Assembly: GCA_947166155.1 (NCBI GenBank)
Contig: CAMVDC010000001.1
Coordinates: forward strand, 1-61,465
Source of the DNA: an uncultured Prevotellaceae bacterium
GTDB lineage: Bacteria; Bacteroidota; Bacteroidia; Bacteroidales; Bacteroidaceae
DNA: 61,465 nt
Direction: 5' to 3'
A program made the translations under genes and the position numbers. Every line of letters begins with the position of its first letter. Position 1 is the first letter of the stretch. The notes under the pieces were generated by a model. The model saw only the letters and a list, made by a program, of their open reading frames with translations, was not told the origin of the DNA and made no database searches. Positions 43,802 to 53,096 of the stretch are shown here, piece by piece.

Positions 43802-44836
43802 GTGGATTGTTACGTAAAGATAGAATCGCCCAACACGGCCAAGCGCCATGTGGATAGGCTCATGGAGCTTATGGGCGCACGCGACCTTTCGGTCGACATA
43901 CGCGGCGGCCGCAGCAAGACGAGCAAGCATGTGGCCACATTCATGCGCAAACTGATGAGCATGGCCAACCTAATGCTACAGCTGAAACGTGGCGACACAC
44001 TGCTCATTCAGTATCCGTTCAAGAAATTCTATGTGACGCAATGCCGCATAGCACACTGGCGTGGAGCCAAGACAGTGACGCTGATACACGACCTCGGGAC
44101 TTTCCGCCGCGGTAAACTGACGGCCGAGAAGGAGATACGACGCCTGTCGCACACCGACGTGATCATCGCCCACAACCCCAGCATGAGGGCATGGCTCGAG
44201 GGGCATGGATGCAAGGTGCCAATCGTGGACCTCGACATCTTCGACTATCTTGCCCCTACACGTCCGGGCGACAAGGCACAAAACTACTCGCAACACCACA
44301 TCCCCACCGTGGTGTTTGCAGGAGGCATAAGTCGCCGGAAGACCAACTTCATATATGATGTCGACGAGAAAATCGACGGCATACACCTCGACATCTATGG
44401 CTCGGGACTTGAGCCCGATGCCGACAAGCATTGGCGCAACACCACATTCCATGGCTCGATCGACTCCGACGAGTTTATCGCCACCATCGATGCCGACTGG
44501 GGCCTGGTGTGGGACGGCGATACGGTCGACGGCTGTCAGGGCACATGGGGCAGCTATCTCAGGGTCAACAACCCCCACAAAGCATCGTTCTACCTGCGTG
44601 CCGAGCTGCCAGTCATAGTGTGGAAAGAGTCGGCCATGGCCCCGTTCATCATAAATCAAGGTGTGGGAATAGCAGTCGATTCGCTCAGCCAACTGCCACA
44701 AGTGCTCACACAAATCACCCCGCAGCAGTATGCCGCCTACAGGCAGGCAGCCGAGGAAATGGCCGGCCGGCTTGGCAGCGGCCACTATTTCTACAAAGCA
44801 TATCGCAAGGCACTCGGCATGATAGGCAGGGAGTGA
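43802..44836 (+). CDS. putative sugar transferase (WbbI/galactofuranosyltransferase-like)
   Basis: GTG start. The C-terminal block GSYLRVNNPHKASFYLRAELPVIVWKESAMAPFI resembles WbbI-like beta-1,6-galactofuranosyltransferases. The assignment is from memory and the start is uncertain. Confidence 0.45.
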   Translation: MDCYVKIESPNTAKRHVDRLMELMGARDLSVDIRGGRSKTSKHVATFMRKLMSMANLMLQLKRGDTLLIQYPFKKFYVTQCRIAHWRGAKTVTLIHDLGTFRRGKLTAEKEIRRLSHTDVIIAHNPSMRAWLEGHGCKVPIVDLDIFDYLAPTRPGDKAQNYSQHHIPTVVFAGGISRRKTNFIYDVDEKIDGIHLDIYGSGLEPDADKHWRNTTFHGSIDSDEFIATIDADWGLVWDGDTVDGCQGTWGSYLRVNNPHKASFYLRAELPVIVWKESAMAPFIINQGVGIAVDSLSQLPQVLTQITPQQYAAYRQAAEEMAGRLGSGHYFYKAYRKALGMIGRE

Positions 44837-44977
44837 TGCTGACATGTGTGACAAAATGGCACACCAACCACCACTGGCATGCACTTTGCACCTGTATGAG
44901 AGTGTAGCCACAATGATGTGGACCTGCACTAAACCCAAACGAAACAAGTATAAACAAATAAAAAACATCAACAGATT

Positions 44978-45247
44978 ATGAACATCAAACCATTGGCTGA
45001 CAGAGTAGTCATTCTACCTGCTCCAGCAGAAACCAAGACTCAGGGCGGAATCATCATCCCCGACACAGCAAAAGAGAAACCGCTGCAAGGCGAAGTAGTG
45101 GCAGCCGGAAACGGCACCAAAGACGAGGAAATGGTACTCAAGGTAGGCGACAAAGTGCTCTATGGCAAGTATGCCGGCACCGAACTGGAGTATGAGGGCG
45201 AGAAGTACCTCATCATGCGCCAAAGCGACGTATTAGCTATATTGTAA
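44978..45247 (+). CDS. groES: co-chaperonin GroES
   Basis: [44 protein letters not shown]. Confidence 0.97.
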   Translation: MNIKPLADRVVILPAPAETKTQGGIIIPDTAKEKPLQGEVVAAGNGTKDEEMVLKVGDKVLYGKYAGTELEYEGEKYLIMRQSDVLAIL

Positions 45248-45311
45248 TGGGTAGGTGAGCTTGGAGCATGAGACCTCCGAGTCCTCCGATACTTCTGAGC
45301 ACTCCAAGCAC

Positions 45312-45348
45312 CCGCTATTCATTATTCATTATTAATTATTCATTAAAA
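45312..45348 (+). repeat. CCGCTATTCATTATTCATTATTAATTATTCATTAAAA module upstream of groEL
   Basis: A stretch of 36-37 bp is identical to 27995-28030, which lies directly upstream of the dus start. Confidence 0.9.
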
Positions 45349-45366
45349 ATAAACACATCAACTATC

Positions 45367-46995
45367 ATGTCAAAGGAACTTAAATTCAATATAGACGCCC
45401 GCGAGCAAGTGAAGCTGGGCGTAGACACACTGGCAAATGCCGTGAAGGTGACACTCGGTCCTAAAGGCCGCAACGTGATTATCGAAAAGAAGTTTGGCGC
45501 ACCACAAATCACTAAGGACGGTGTGACCGTAGCTAAGGAAATAGAACTGGAAGACGCATTCCAGAACACAGGAGCACAGCTCGTGAAGAGCGTGGCTTCG
45601 AAGACCGGCGACGATGCCGGCGACGGAACAACTACCGCTACAGTATTGGCACAAGCCATCTGCACTGCCGGATTGAAGAACGTGGCTGCTGGTGCTAACC
45701 CAATGGACCTGAAGCGCGGTATCGACAAGGCCGTGGCAAAGGTGGTGGAACACATCAAGAGCCAGAGCGAACAGGTGGGCGACAACTACGAGAAGATAGA
45801 ACAAGTGGCCACCGTGAGTGCCAACAACGACAGCGAGATAGGTAAACTCATTGCCGATGCAATGAAGAAAGTGTCGAAAGACGGCGTAATCACCATCGAG
45901 GAAGCCAAGAGCCGCGACACAACCATAGGAGTGGTTGAAGGTATGCAGTTCGACCGCGGTTACCTCTCACCATACTTCGTGACCGACACCGAGAAGATGG
46001 AATGCCAGATGGAAAACCCACTCATCCTCATCTACGACAAGAAAATATCCAACCTCAAGGAGTTCCTCCCAATACTCGAACCAGCCGTACAGACAGGACG
46101 TCCACTGCTCGTCATTGCAGAAGACATCGACAGCGAGGCACTCACCACATTGGTAGTGAACCGCCTGCGCAGCCAACTCAAGATATGCGCCGTGAAGGCA
46201 CCAGGATTCGGCGACCGCAGGAAGGCAATGCTCGAAGACATCGCAATCCTCACCGGTGGTGTGGTTATCAGCGAAGAGAAGGGCCTGAAACTCGAACAAG
46301 CTACTGTCGACATGCTGGGTAGCGCCGAGAAGGTGACCATCTCGAAGGACAACACAACCATCGTGGGCGGTAAGGGCGACAAGCAACTCATCCAAGACCG
46401 CGTGAACCAAATCAAGGCCGAAATCAAGGCAACCACCAGCGACTACGACAAAGAGAAGCTACAGGAACGCCTTGCCAAGCTGAGCGGCGGTGTGGCAGTG
46501 CTCTACGTGGGTGCTGCAAGCGAAGTCGAGATGAAGGAAAAGAAAGACCGTGTCGACGATGCACTCTGCGCAACACGTGCTGCAATCGAGGAAGGAACCG
46601 TAGTAGGTGGTGGAGTAGCACTCATCCGCTCTATCGAAGCCCTCGACGGACTCAAAGGCGAGAATGCCGACGAGCAGACAGGTATCCAGATCATACGTCG
46701 TGCAATCGAAGAACCACTCCGCCAGATTGTGGAGAACGCAGGCCTTGAAGGCAGCGTAGTGGTAGAGAAGGTGCGCAACGGAAAGGGCGACTTTGGCTAC
46801 AACGCACGCAAGGATGCATACGAGAACCTGCGCGAAAGCGGAATCCTCGACCCTGCCAAGGTGACACGTGTGGCACTTGAAAACGCTGCCAGCATTGCAG
46901 GCATGCTGCTCACTACCGAGTGTGTCATCTGCGACAAGAAGGAGGATAAGCCCGAAATGCCAATGGGCGGAGGCGGCATGGGTGGAATGATGTAA
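45367..46995 (+). CDS. groEL: chaperonin GroEL
   Basis: ATG 45367 gives [37 protein letters not shown], then [10 protein letters not shown], with the C-terminal GGMGGMM tail. The track ORF starts 33 codons upstream, inside a repeat. Confidence 0.98.
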   Translation: MSKELKFNIDAREQVKLGVDTLANAVKVTLGPKGRNVIIEKKFGAPQITKDGVTVAKEIELEDAFQNTGAQLVKSVASKTGDDAGDGTTTATVLAQAICTAGLKNVAAGANPMDLKRGIDKAVAKVVEHIKSQSEQVGDNYEKIEQVATVSANNDSEIGKLIADAMKKVSKDGVITIEEAKSRDTTIGVVEGMQFDRGYLSPYFVTDTEKMECQMENPLILIYDKKISNLKEFLPILEPAVQTGRPLLVIAEDIDSEALTTLVVNRLRSQLKICAVKAPGFGDRRKAMLEDIAILTGGVVISEEKGLKLEQATVDMLGSAEKVTISKDNTTIVGGKGDKQLIQDRVNQIKAEIKATTSDYDKEKLQERLAKLSGGVAVLYVGAASEVEMKEKKDRVDDALCATRAAIEEGTVVGGGVALIRSIEALDGLKGENADEQTGIQIIRRAIEEPLRQIVENAGLEGSVVVEKVRNGKGDFGYNARKDAYENLRESGILDPAKVTRVALENAASIAGMLLTTECVICDKKEDKPEMPMGGGGMGGMM

Positions 46996-47051
46996 TCAGC
47001 ATCGTAAACACACATATCACCAAAAATAATACGTAAAGACTTACATACTAA

Positions 47052-47103
47052 AGCCACGATGGAATAAACAAACCCTAATGACCGTCGTGGCTTTTCTTTT
47101 TTT
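47052..47103 (+). terminator. rho-independent terminator after groEL
   Basis: AGCCACGATGG...CCGTCGTGGCT forms an 11-bp stem with one G-U pair, followed by TTTTCTTTTTTT. Confidence 0.75.
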
Positions 47104-47146
47104 ACATTTTTTCATCCTTTCATTCTTTCATTAAGATTATATTTCG

Positions 47147-47154
47147 TATCTTTG
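47147..47154 (+). promoter_or_regulatory. Bacteroidota -7 box TATCTTTG
   Basis: Exact TAnnTTTG, 26 nt upstream of the mutS ATG. Confidence 0.6.
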
Positions 47155-47179
47155 CAGGAAGTAACACAAAAACCCTCAC

Positions 47180-49798
47180 ATGCCAAAAGAAACCATAACA
47201 CCCATGATGAAGCAGTTCTTCGACTTCAAGGCAAAGTATCCCAATGCTTTGCTCTTGTTTCGATGTGGTGACTTCTATGAGACCTACGCCGACGATGCTG
47301 TCGAGGCTGCCGACATACTGGGCATAACACTCACAAAACGAGGTACGGGCGGAAGCGAACGGTCAAGCAACACAGCCATGGCCGGCTTCCCATATCATGC
47401 GCTCGACACATACCTGCCAAAACTCATAAGGGCAGGAAAGCGTGTGGCCATTTGCGACCAACTGGAAGACCCGAAGCTCGCGAAGAAACTCGTGAAACGT
47501 GGAGTGACCGAAGTGGTGACACCTGGTGTGGCTATGGACGACGGTGTGCTCAACCGCAGCGAAAACAACTTCCTCGCAGCCGTCAACTGGGGCAAGGCTA
47601 CATGTGGACTGTCGTTGCTCGACATATCGACGGGCGAATTCTATGTGGCACAAGGCACTACCGACTATATCGATAAACTCATCAACAACTTTGCTCCCAA
47701 GGAGGTGTTGTATGAAGAAGGACGACGACAGCAGTTTGAAGCTGCATTCGGCACCAAACTCAACAAATACATGCTGCCCGACTGGGTGTTTGCATCCGAC
47801 GACGCCTACCAACGGGTGACCCGGCACTTCGGAGTGAAGAACATGAAAGGATTCGGCATAGACCACCTGCGCGACGGAATCACGGCAGCAGGAGCCATAC
47901 TCCACTACCTGGCCGAGACCCAGCACAACAACATAAGCCACATACTGAAGATATCACAAATAGAGGAGGACCAATACGTAAGGCTCGACAAATTCACCAT
48001 ACGCAGCCTCGAACTGATCAGCGCCATGAACGAAGGCGGTACATCGCTGCTTGGAGTCATCGACAAGACCGTGTGCCCCATGGGCAGCCGATTGCTGCGC
48101 AGGTGGGTGGTCTTTCCGCTCAAGGACATAAAAGCCATACAGCAGCGACAGAGGGTGGTGGAATGTTTCTTCCGGCACACCGACCTGCGCGACATCATAC
48201 ACGAGAACCTGCAAAACGTGGGCGACATGGAGCGTATAGCCTCGAAGGTGGCCGTAGGGCGTGTATCACCTCGCGACCTACTGCAACTCAAGGCGGCACT
48301 GGCTGCCATACGCCCCATAAGGCAGGCCTGCATCGAGAGCGACGACGAAAGCCTAGTGGCCATGGGCGGGCAGCTCGATGAATGTATTGAGGTGTATGAA
48401 CGCATTGAGAAGGAAATAAAAAACGACGCGCCGTTCATCGTGAGAAACGGTGGAGTGATAGCCGACGGAGTCAATGCCGAACTCGACGAACTGCGCGAAG
48501 TGGCATACTCGGGCAAGGACTACCTGCTCAAGATGCAGCAGCGCGAGATAGAACGCACAGGCATCACAAGCCTCAAGATAGGGTTCAACAATGTGTTTGG
48601 ATACTATATCGAAGTGAGAAACACCTTTAAGGACATGGTGCCGCCCGAGTGGATCAGGAAACAGACACTGGTGCAGGCCGAGCGATACATAACCCAGGAA
48701 CTGAAAGAATATGAGGACAAGATACTGGGTGCTCAAGACCGCATCCTCTCGCTCGAAGCCAACCTATATGCCGACCTCGTAGCCTATATATCGAAATATG
48801 TCGACCGACTGCAACACAATGCCAACCAACTGGCACGCATCGACTGCCTGCTCTCGTTTGCCACGTGTGCAGCTGCATACAAGTATGTATGCCCTGTGGT
48901 CGACGACAGCCTCGTCATAGACATCAAGGCTGGGCGACATCCGGTCATAGAGCGCCAGATGCCCATAGGCGAGCAATATGTGGCCAACGACGTGATGCTC
49001 AGTTCTGACTCACAACAGATAATTGTCATCACAGGTCCAAACATGGCGGGTAAGTCGGCACTGCTGCGACAGACGGCCCTCATCACCATCATGGCACAGA
49101 TAGGCAGCTTTGTGCCGGCCGACAGTGCACGCATCGGTATATGCGACAAGGTGTTTACCCGTGTGGGAGCCAGCGACAACATATCGCTTGGCGAAAGTAC
49201 CTTCATGGTCGAGATGACCGAGGCGGCAAGCATCATCAACAACCTCTCGCCACGATCGCTCGTCTTGTTCGACGAACTGGGACGAGGCACCAGCACCTAC
49301 GACGGTATATCGATTGCCTGGGCTATCATCGAATACATACACGAGAATGCTCGCAGCCACGCACGTACACTATTTGCCACTCACTATCACGAGCTCAACG
49401 AGATGGAACGCCTCTTCTCGCGAGTAAAGAACTATAATGTGTCGGTGAAGGAAGCCGACGGGAAGGTCATCTTCCTGCGCAAACTGGTGCCTGGCGGCAG
49501 CGAACACTCGTTTGGAATACATGTGGCGCGCCTTGCCGGTATGGTGCCAAGTGTGGTGAAACGTGCCGACCAGGTGCTGAAGGAGTTGGAACGCAACAAC
49601 TCGGGCGATGGTATTTCACGTCCGCAGACACAGTCGATTCACGATAGCGGCACCCATCAACTGTCGTTCTTCCAGCTCGACGACCCTGTGCTTTCGCAGG
49701 TGCGCGACGAGATTATCGGTACCGACATCAATGCACTCACGCCACTCGAGGCACTCAACAAACTGAATGAAATAAAGAGAATCCTCACAGGTAAGTGA
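47180..49798 (+). CDS. mutS: DNA mismatch repair protein MutS
   Basis: [30 protein letters not shown], Walker A GPNMAGKS, and [12 protein letters not shown]. Confidence 0.97.
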   Translation: MPKETITPMMKQFFDFKAKYPNALLLFRCGDFYETYADDAVEAADILGITLTKRGTGGSERSSNTAMAGFPYHALDTYLPKLIRAGKRVAICDQLEDPKLAKKLVKRGVTEVVTPGVAMDDGVLNRSENNFLAAVNWGKATCGLSLLDISTGEFYVAQGTTDYIDKLINNFAPKEVLYEEGRRQQFEAAFGTKLNKYMLPDWVFASDDAYQRVTRHFGVKNMKGFGIDHLRDGITAAGAILHYLAETQHNNISHILKISQIEEDQYVRLDKFTIRSLELISAMNEGGTSLLGVIDKTVCPMGSRLLRRWVVFPLKDIKAIQQRQRVVECFFRHTDLRDIIHENLQNVGDMERIASKVAVGRVSPRDLLQLKAALAAIRPIRQACIESDDESLVAMGGQLDECIEVYERIEKEIKNDAPFIVRNGGVIADGVNAELDELREVAYSGKDYLLKMQQREIERTGITSLKIGFNNVFGYYIEVRNTFKDMVPPEWIRKQTLVQAERYITQELKEYEDKILGAQDRILSLEANLYADLVAYISKYVDRLQHNANQLARIDCLLSFATCAAAYKYVCPVVDDSLVIDIKAGRHPVIERQMPIGEQYVANDVMLSSDSQQIIVITGPNMAGKSALLRQTALITIMAQIGSFVPADSARIGICDKVFTRVGASDNISLGESTFMVEMTEAASIINNLSPRSLVLFDELGRGTSTYDGISIAWAIIEYIHENARSHARTLFATHYHELNEMERLFSRVKNYNVSVKEADGKVIFLRKLVPGGSEHSFGIHVARLAGMVPSVVKRADQVLKELERNNSGDGISRPQTQSIHDSGTHQLSFFQLDDPVLSQVRDEIIGTDINALTPLEALNKLNEIKRILTGK

Positions 49799-49800
49799 TT

Positions 49801-49822
49801 AACGGTGCTACCGTTCTTTTAG
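49801..49822 (+). terminator. weak hairpin after mutS
   Basis: AACGGT-gct-ACCGTT is followed by CTTTTAG. Confidence 0.3.
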
Positions 49823-49871
49823 ATATAAAGTGATAAATGATAGGAATAGCCTTTTTGGCAAGAAGCAATAC

Positions 49872-51104
49872 ATGACACGAACAGACTTTGAGATAATGGC
49901 ACCTGTGGGCAGCCGTGAAAGCTTGGCTGCAGCAATACATGCGGGTGCCGACAGCATATATTTCGGAATCGGACGCCTGAACATGCGGTCGCATTCGGCA
50001 GGACGTTTCACTATCGACGACCTCTACGACATTGCTGCCACATGTCGCGAAGCGGGCGTGAAGAGCTACCTCACGGTCAACACCATCATCTACGACGAAG
50101 ATATCAGCGACATGCACGAAATAGTGGATGCGGCAGCGAAGGCAGGCATTTCGGCCATCATTGCGAGCGATGTGGCTGTCATGACCTATTGCCGCAAGGT
50201 GGGAGTGGAGGTACACCTGAGCACTCAGCTCAACATATCAAATATAGAGGCTTTGCGATTCTATGCCCAGTTTGCCGATGTGAGCGTATTGGCTCGCGAG
50301 CTGAATATGCATCAAGTGAAGCATATCTACGAGCAAATCAAGGAGCAACACATCACTGGACCTTCGGGACAGGAGGTGAAGATCGAGATGTTTTGCCACG
50401 GTGCGCTCTGCATGGCGATAAGCGGCAAGTGCTACCTTAGCCTTCAGAATGCGGGACGCAGTGCCAACCGCGGCGAGTGTGTGCAGATTTGCCGTCGCGG
50501 ATACGAGGTGACTGATGTGGAGACGGGCACACAACTGAATATCGACAACAAATACATCATGTCGCCACGCGACTTGAAGACTATTCGCTTCATCGACATC
50601 ATGATGGATTCGGGAGTCCGTGTGTTTAAGATTGAGGGACGTGCACGCGGTCCTGAATACGTCCACACGGTTGTTTCGGCTTACAACGAGGCTATCAACG
50701 CCGTGATTGACGGCACATTCACCGACGAGCGCAAGGATGAGTGGGACAGCCGGCTGGCCACTGTGTTCAATCGCGGCTTCTGGGATGGCTACTACCAGGG
50801 TGCGCGCCTTGGCGAGTGGTGTGATGTATATGGCAACAAAGCCACGGAGAAGAAGGAATATGTGGGTAAGTGTGTGAAATACTTCTCGAAGTTGGGTGTG
50901 GGAGAGTTTGTCATCGAGAATTCGCCACTCAGTGTGGGCGACAAGATATTGGTGACAGGGCCTACTACAGGTGCCCTCATCCAGCAGGTGGATGAAATCC
51001 GCTTCGACCTTCAACCTGTCGATACAGCTACTCGCGGTCAGCACATAAGTATCAAAACAAATGAGAAAGTGCGACCCAACGACATGCTTTATGTGATGAA
51101 ATAG
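49872..51104 (+). CDS. peptidase U32 family protein
   Basis: ATG 49872 gives MTRTDFEIMAPVGSRESLAAAIHAGADSIYFG. The CHGALCMAISGKCYLS cysteine motif is typical of U32 (PrtC-like) proteins. Confidence 0.85.
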   Translation: MTRTDFEIMAPVGSRESLAAAIHAGADSIYFGIGRLNMRSHSAGRFTIDDLYDIAATCREAGVKSYLTVNTIIYDEDISDMHEIVDAAAKAGISAIIASDVAVMTYCRKVGVEVHLSTQLNISNIEALRFYAQFADVSVLARELNMHQVKHIYEQIKEQHITGPSGQEVKIEMFCHGALCMAISGKCYLSLQNAGRSANRGECVQICRRGYEVTDVETGTQLNIDNKYIMSPRDLKTIRFIDIMMDSGVRVFKIEGRARGPEYVHTVVSAYNEAINAVIDGTFTDERKDEWDSRLATVFNRGFWDGYYQGARLGEWCDVYGNKATEKKEYVGKCVKYFSKLGVGEFVIENSPLSVGDKILVTGPTTGALIQQVDEIRFDLQPVDTATRGQHISIKTNEKVRPNDMLYVMK

Positions 51105-51179
51105 CCGCCCCTAACCCCCTCCAAGGAGGGGAACTCCATCCGGATGGCATCATCCCCCCTTGGGGGGATAAGAGGGGGG
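51105..51179. repeat. C-run/G-run hairpin module with CCATCCGGATGG between convergent genes
   Basis: CCGCCCCTAACCCCCTCCAAGGAGGGGAACTCCATCCGGATGGCATCATCCCCCCTTGGGGGGATAAGAGGGGGGC fills the whole gap between the U32 peptidase stop and the stop of the small ORF. Confidence 0.85.
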
Positions 51180-51356
51180 CTACCTCCTGCTTTTATATAT
51201 GGTCACGCTGAACCATACGATGGCGAGCGCGAATATGGCAGCATACATCAGGAGCGATGGGTCGTGGAGTACGCACGAAGCCCATATAGCACCTCCGAGG
51301 CATATAGCGAGGAAGCACAGCGATGTAATCATCAATATGCGTTGCAGCTTGCTCAT
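51180..51356 (-). CDS. small (58-aa) predicted two-TM membrane protein
   Basis: Not in the track because it is under 60 aa. Hand translation gives [58 protein letters not shown]. Its ATG overlaps the cysS stop (ATGA at 51353-51356). Confidence 0.4.
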   Translation of the reverse strand: MSKLQRILMITSLCFLAICLGGAIWASCVLHDPSLLMYAAIFALAIVWFSVTIYKSRR

Positions 51357-52858
51357 TTCTTCAGTTTCCAGCTAAATCCGTCTTTTGTATCTTTTACTTC
51401 AAATCCCAGTTCGGCCAGGCGGTCGCGAATCATGTCGCTTGTGGCCCAGTCCTTGTTGGCTTTGGCCTTCATGCGCTGTTCGAGCAGCATGTCGACCACG
51501 TGTCCGAATGCCTCTTCGCGTGCGGCTCCGCTTCCTGCCTGTGTGCTGTCGATTTGCAATCCCATGAGTTCGATGGCGAAGAGTCGGAACACACGGCGTG
51601 CTTCCTCGAGTGCGTCGGCGCTGATGGTGGCGTGGTGGTCGGCTACTTGGTTGATGAGTTTCGACATCTCGAAGAGGTTGGATATCACGATCGGGGTGTT
51701 GAAGTCGTCGTTCATGGCCTCGTAGCAGTTTTCTTCTATCTGCTTTATCTGCTGGGTGGTGATGGTTCCTGCTTCGGCGGGGTTGATGGCAAGCAGTGTC
51801 TTGTAGGCGTCGGTGAGTCGTTCCAGTCCTCGCTGTGCAGCTATGAGTGCTTCGTTGCTGAAGTCCACGGTGCTGCGATAGTGTGCCTGCAGTATGAAGA
51901 ATCGTATGGTCATAGGGCTGTAGGCCTGTGACAGCATCTCGTTGCCGTCTTTGTCCTTATGGCTTCCGGCGAAGAATTCGGCCAGTGTGATGAAGTTGCC
52001 GAGGCTTTTGCCCATTTTTTGTCCGTTGATGGTTATCATGTTGTTGTGCATCCAGTAGCGCACCATCTGGTCGCCCTGGCTTGCTACGGCTTGTGCTATC
52101 TCGCATTCGTGGTGTGGGAATATGAGGTCCATGCCGCCTCCGTGTATGTCGAAGTGGTGGCCGAGGTATTTGCGTCCCATGGCGGTGCACTCGCAGTGCC
52201 ATCCGGGGAATCCGTCGCTCCATGGCGAGGGCCATCGCATGATGTGTTCGGGCATAGCTTTTTTCCACAGGGCGAAGTCGGCTTGGTTGCGCTTTTCGCC
52301 TACTCCTGCCAGTTCGCGCGATGCATCTTTTATGTCGTCAAGGTTGCGTCCCGAAAGTATTCCGTAGTGGTGTTTCTTGTTGTATGCCTCGACATCGAAG
52401 TATACCGAGCCGTTCGACTCATAAGCGAATCCGTTGGCCATGATTTCCTTCACCAGCTCTTCTTGTTCGATGATATGGCCGGTGGCGTGGGGCTCTATCG
52501 ATGGTGGCAGGCATCCGAGTGCCCGCATGGCGTCGTGGAATCGGTTGGTGTAGTATTGCGCTACCTCCATCGGCTCCAGTTGCTCCAGTCGTGCCTTCTT
52601 GGCTATCTTGTCTTCACCCTCGTCGGCATCATGTTCCAGGTGCCCTACGTCGGTTATGTTGCGCACATATCTCACCTTGTATCCCAGGTGGGTGAGATAG
52701 CGGAATACTATGTCGAAAGTGATGGCGGGACGTGCATGCCCCAGGTGGGCATCGCCGTAGACGGTCGGGCCACACACGTACATACCTACGTGTGGTGCGT
52801 CGATTGGCCTGAACAGTTCCTTCTGTCGGGTCAGTGTGTTGTATACGAGTAGATTCAT
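51353..52858 (-). CDS. cysS: cysteine--tRNA ligase
   Basis: [19 protein letters not shown] (HIGH motif), GWHCECTAM, and KMGKSLGN (KMSKS motif). Confidence 0.97.
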   Translation of the reverse strand: MNLLVYNTLTRQKELFRPIDAPHVGMYVCGPTVYGDAHLGHARPAITFDIVFRYLTHLGYKVRYVRNITDVGHLEHDADEGEDKIAKKARLEQLEPMEVAQYYTNRFHDAMRALGCLPPSIEPHATGHIIEQEELVKEIMANGFAYESNGSVYFDVEAYNKKHHYGILSGRNLDDIKDASRELAGVGEKRNQADFALWKKAMPEHIMRWPSPWSDGFPGWHCECTAMGRKYLGHHFDIHGGGMDLIFPHHECEIAQAVASQGDQMVRYWMHNNMITINGQKMGKSLGNFITLAEFFAGSHKDKDGNEMLSQAYSPMTIRFFILQAHYRSTVDFSNEALIAAQRGLERLTDAYKTLLAINPAEAGTITTQQIKQIEENCYEAMNDDFNTPIVISNLFEMSKLINQVADHHATISADALEEARRVFRLFAIELMGLQIDSTQAGSGAAREEAFGHVVDMLLEQRMKAKANKDWATSDMIRDRLAELGFEVKDTKDGFSWKLKK

Positions 52859-52862
52859 GATG

Positions 52863-52870
52863 CAAAATTA
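52863..52870 (-). promoter_or_regulatory. Bacteroidota -7 box TAATTTTG, 4 nt from the cysS ATG (candidate leaderless promoter)
   Basis: The minus strand reads TAATTTTG-CATC-ATG. It sits just after the terminator of the upstream gene. Confidence 0.4.
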
Positions 52871-52910
52871 CGAATTTATTTTGAGTCGGCCACTATTCAT
52901 CGCCTTTTTT

Positions 52911-52951
52911 CTTAAAAAAGACAGAGGATATGCCTCCTTGGCACATCCTCT
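52911..52951 (-). terminator. rho-independent terminator (minus strand) between the Spy-like gene and cysS
   Basis: The minus strand reads AGAGGATGTGCC-aagga-GGCATATCCTCT (a 12-bp stem with one G-U wobble pair), followed by GTCTTTTTT. Confidence 0.65.
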
Positions 52952-52961
52952 TTACTTATTT

Positions 52962-53075
52962 GGTCTTGTAATTGAGTTCTTGAGTTTTTGAGTTCTTGAG
53001 TTCTTGAGTTTTTAAGTTCTTTAGTTTTTGCGAGACCTCAAGACCTTACGAGCTCAAGACCTAAAAAAACTTACT
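52962..53075 (-). repeat. GAGTTCTTGAG / CTCAAGACC word repeats
   Basis: TTGAGTTCTTGAGTTTTTGAGTTCTTGAGTTCTTGAGTTTTTAAGTTCTTTAG is followed by the partly complementary GACCTCAAGACCTTACGAGCTCAAGACC. It lies downstream of the Spy-like gene and before its terminator. Confidence 0.75.
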
Positions 53076-53096
53076 AACTCACGAACTACCTCTCTT

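Noticed and set aside
51144-51725. A 193-aa plus-strand ORF starting in the hairpin module and running antisense through the cysS 3' end.
   Set aside because: It begins with a repeat-encoded peptide (MASSPLGGIRGG, which is also seen on the other strand at 30969..31250). It overlaps cysS and the small coupled ORF, and it has no motifs.
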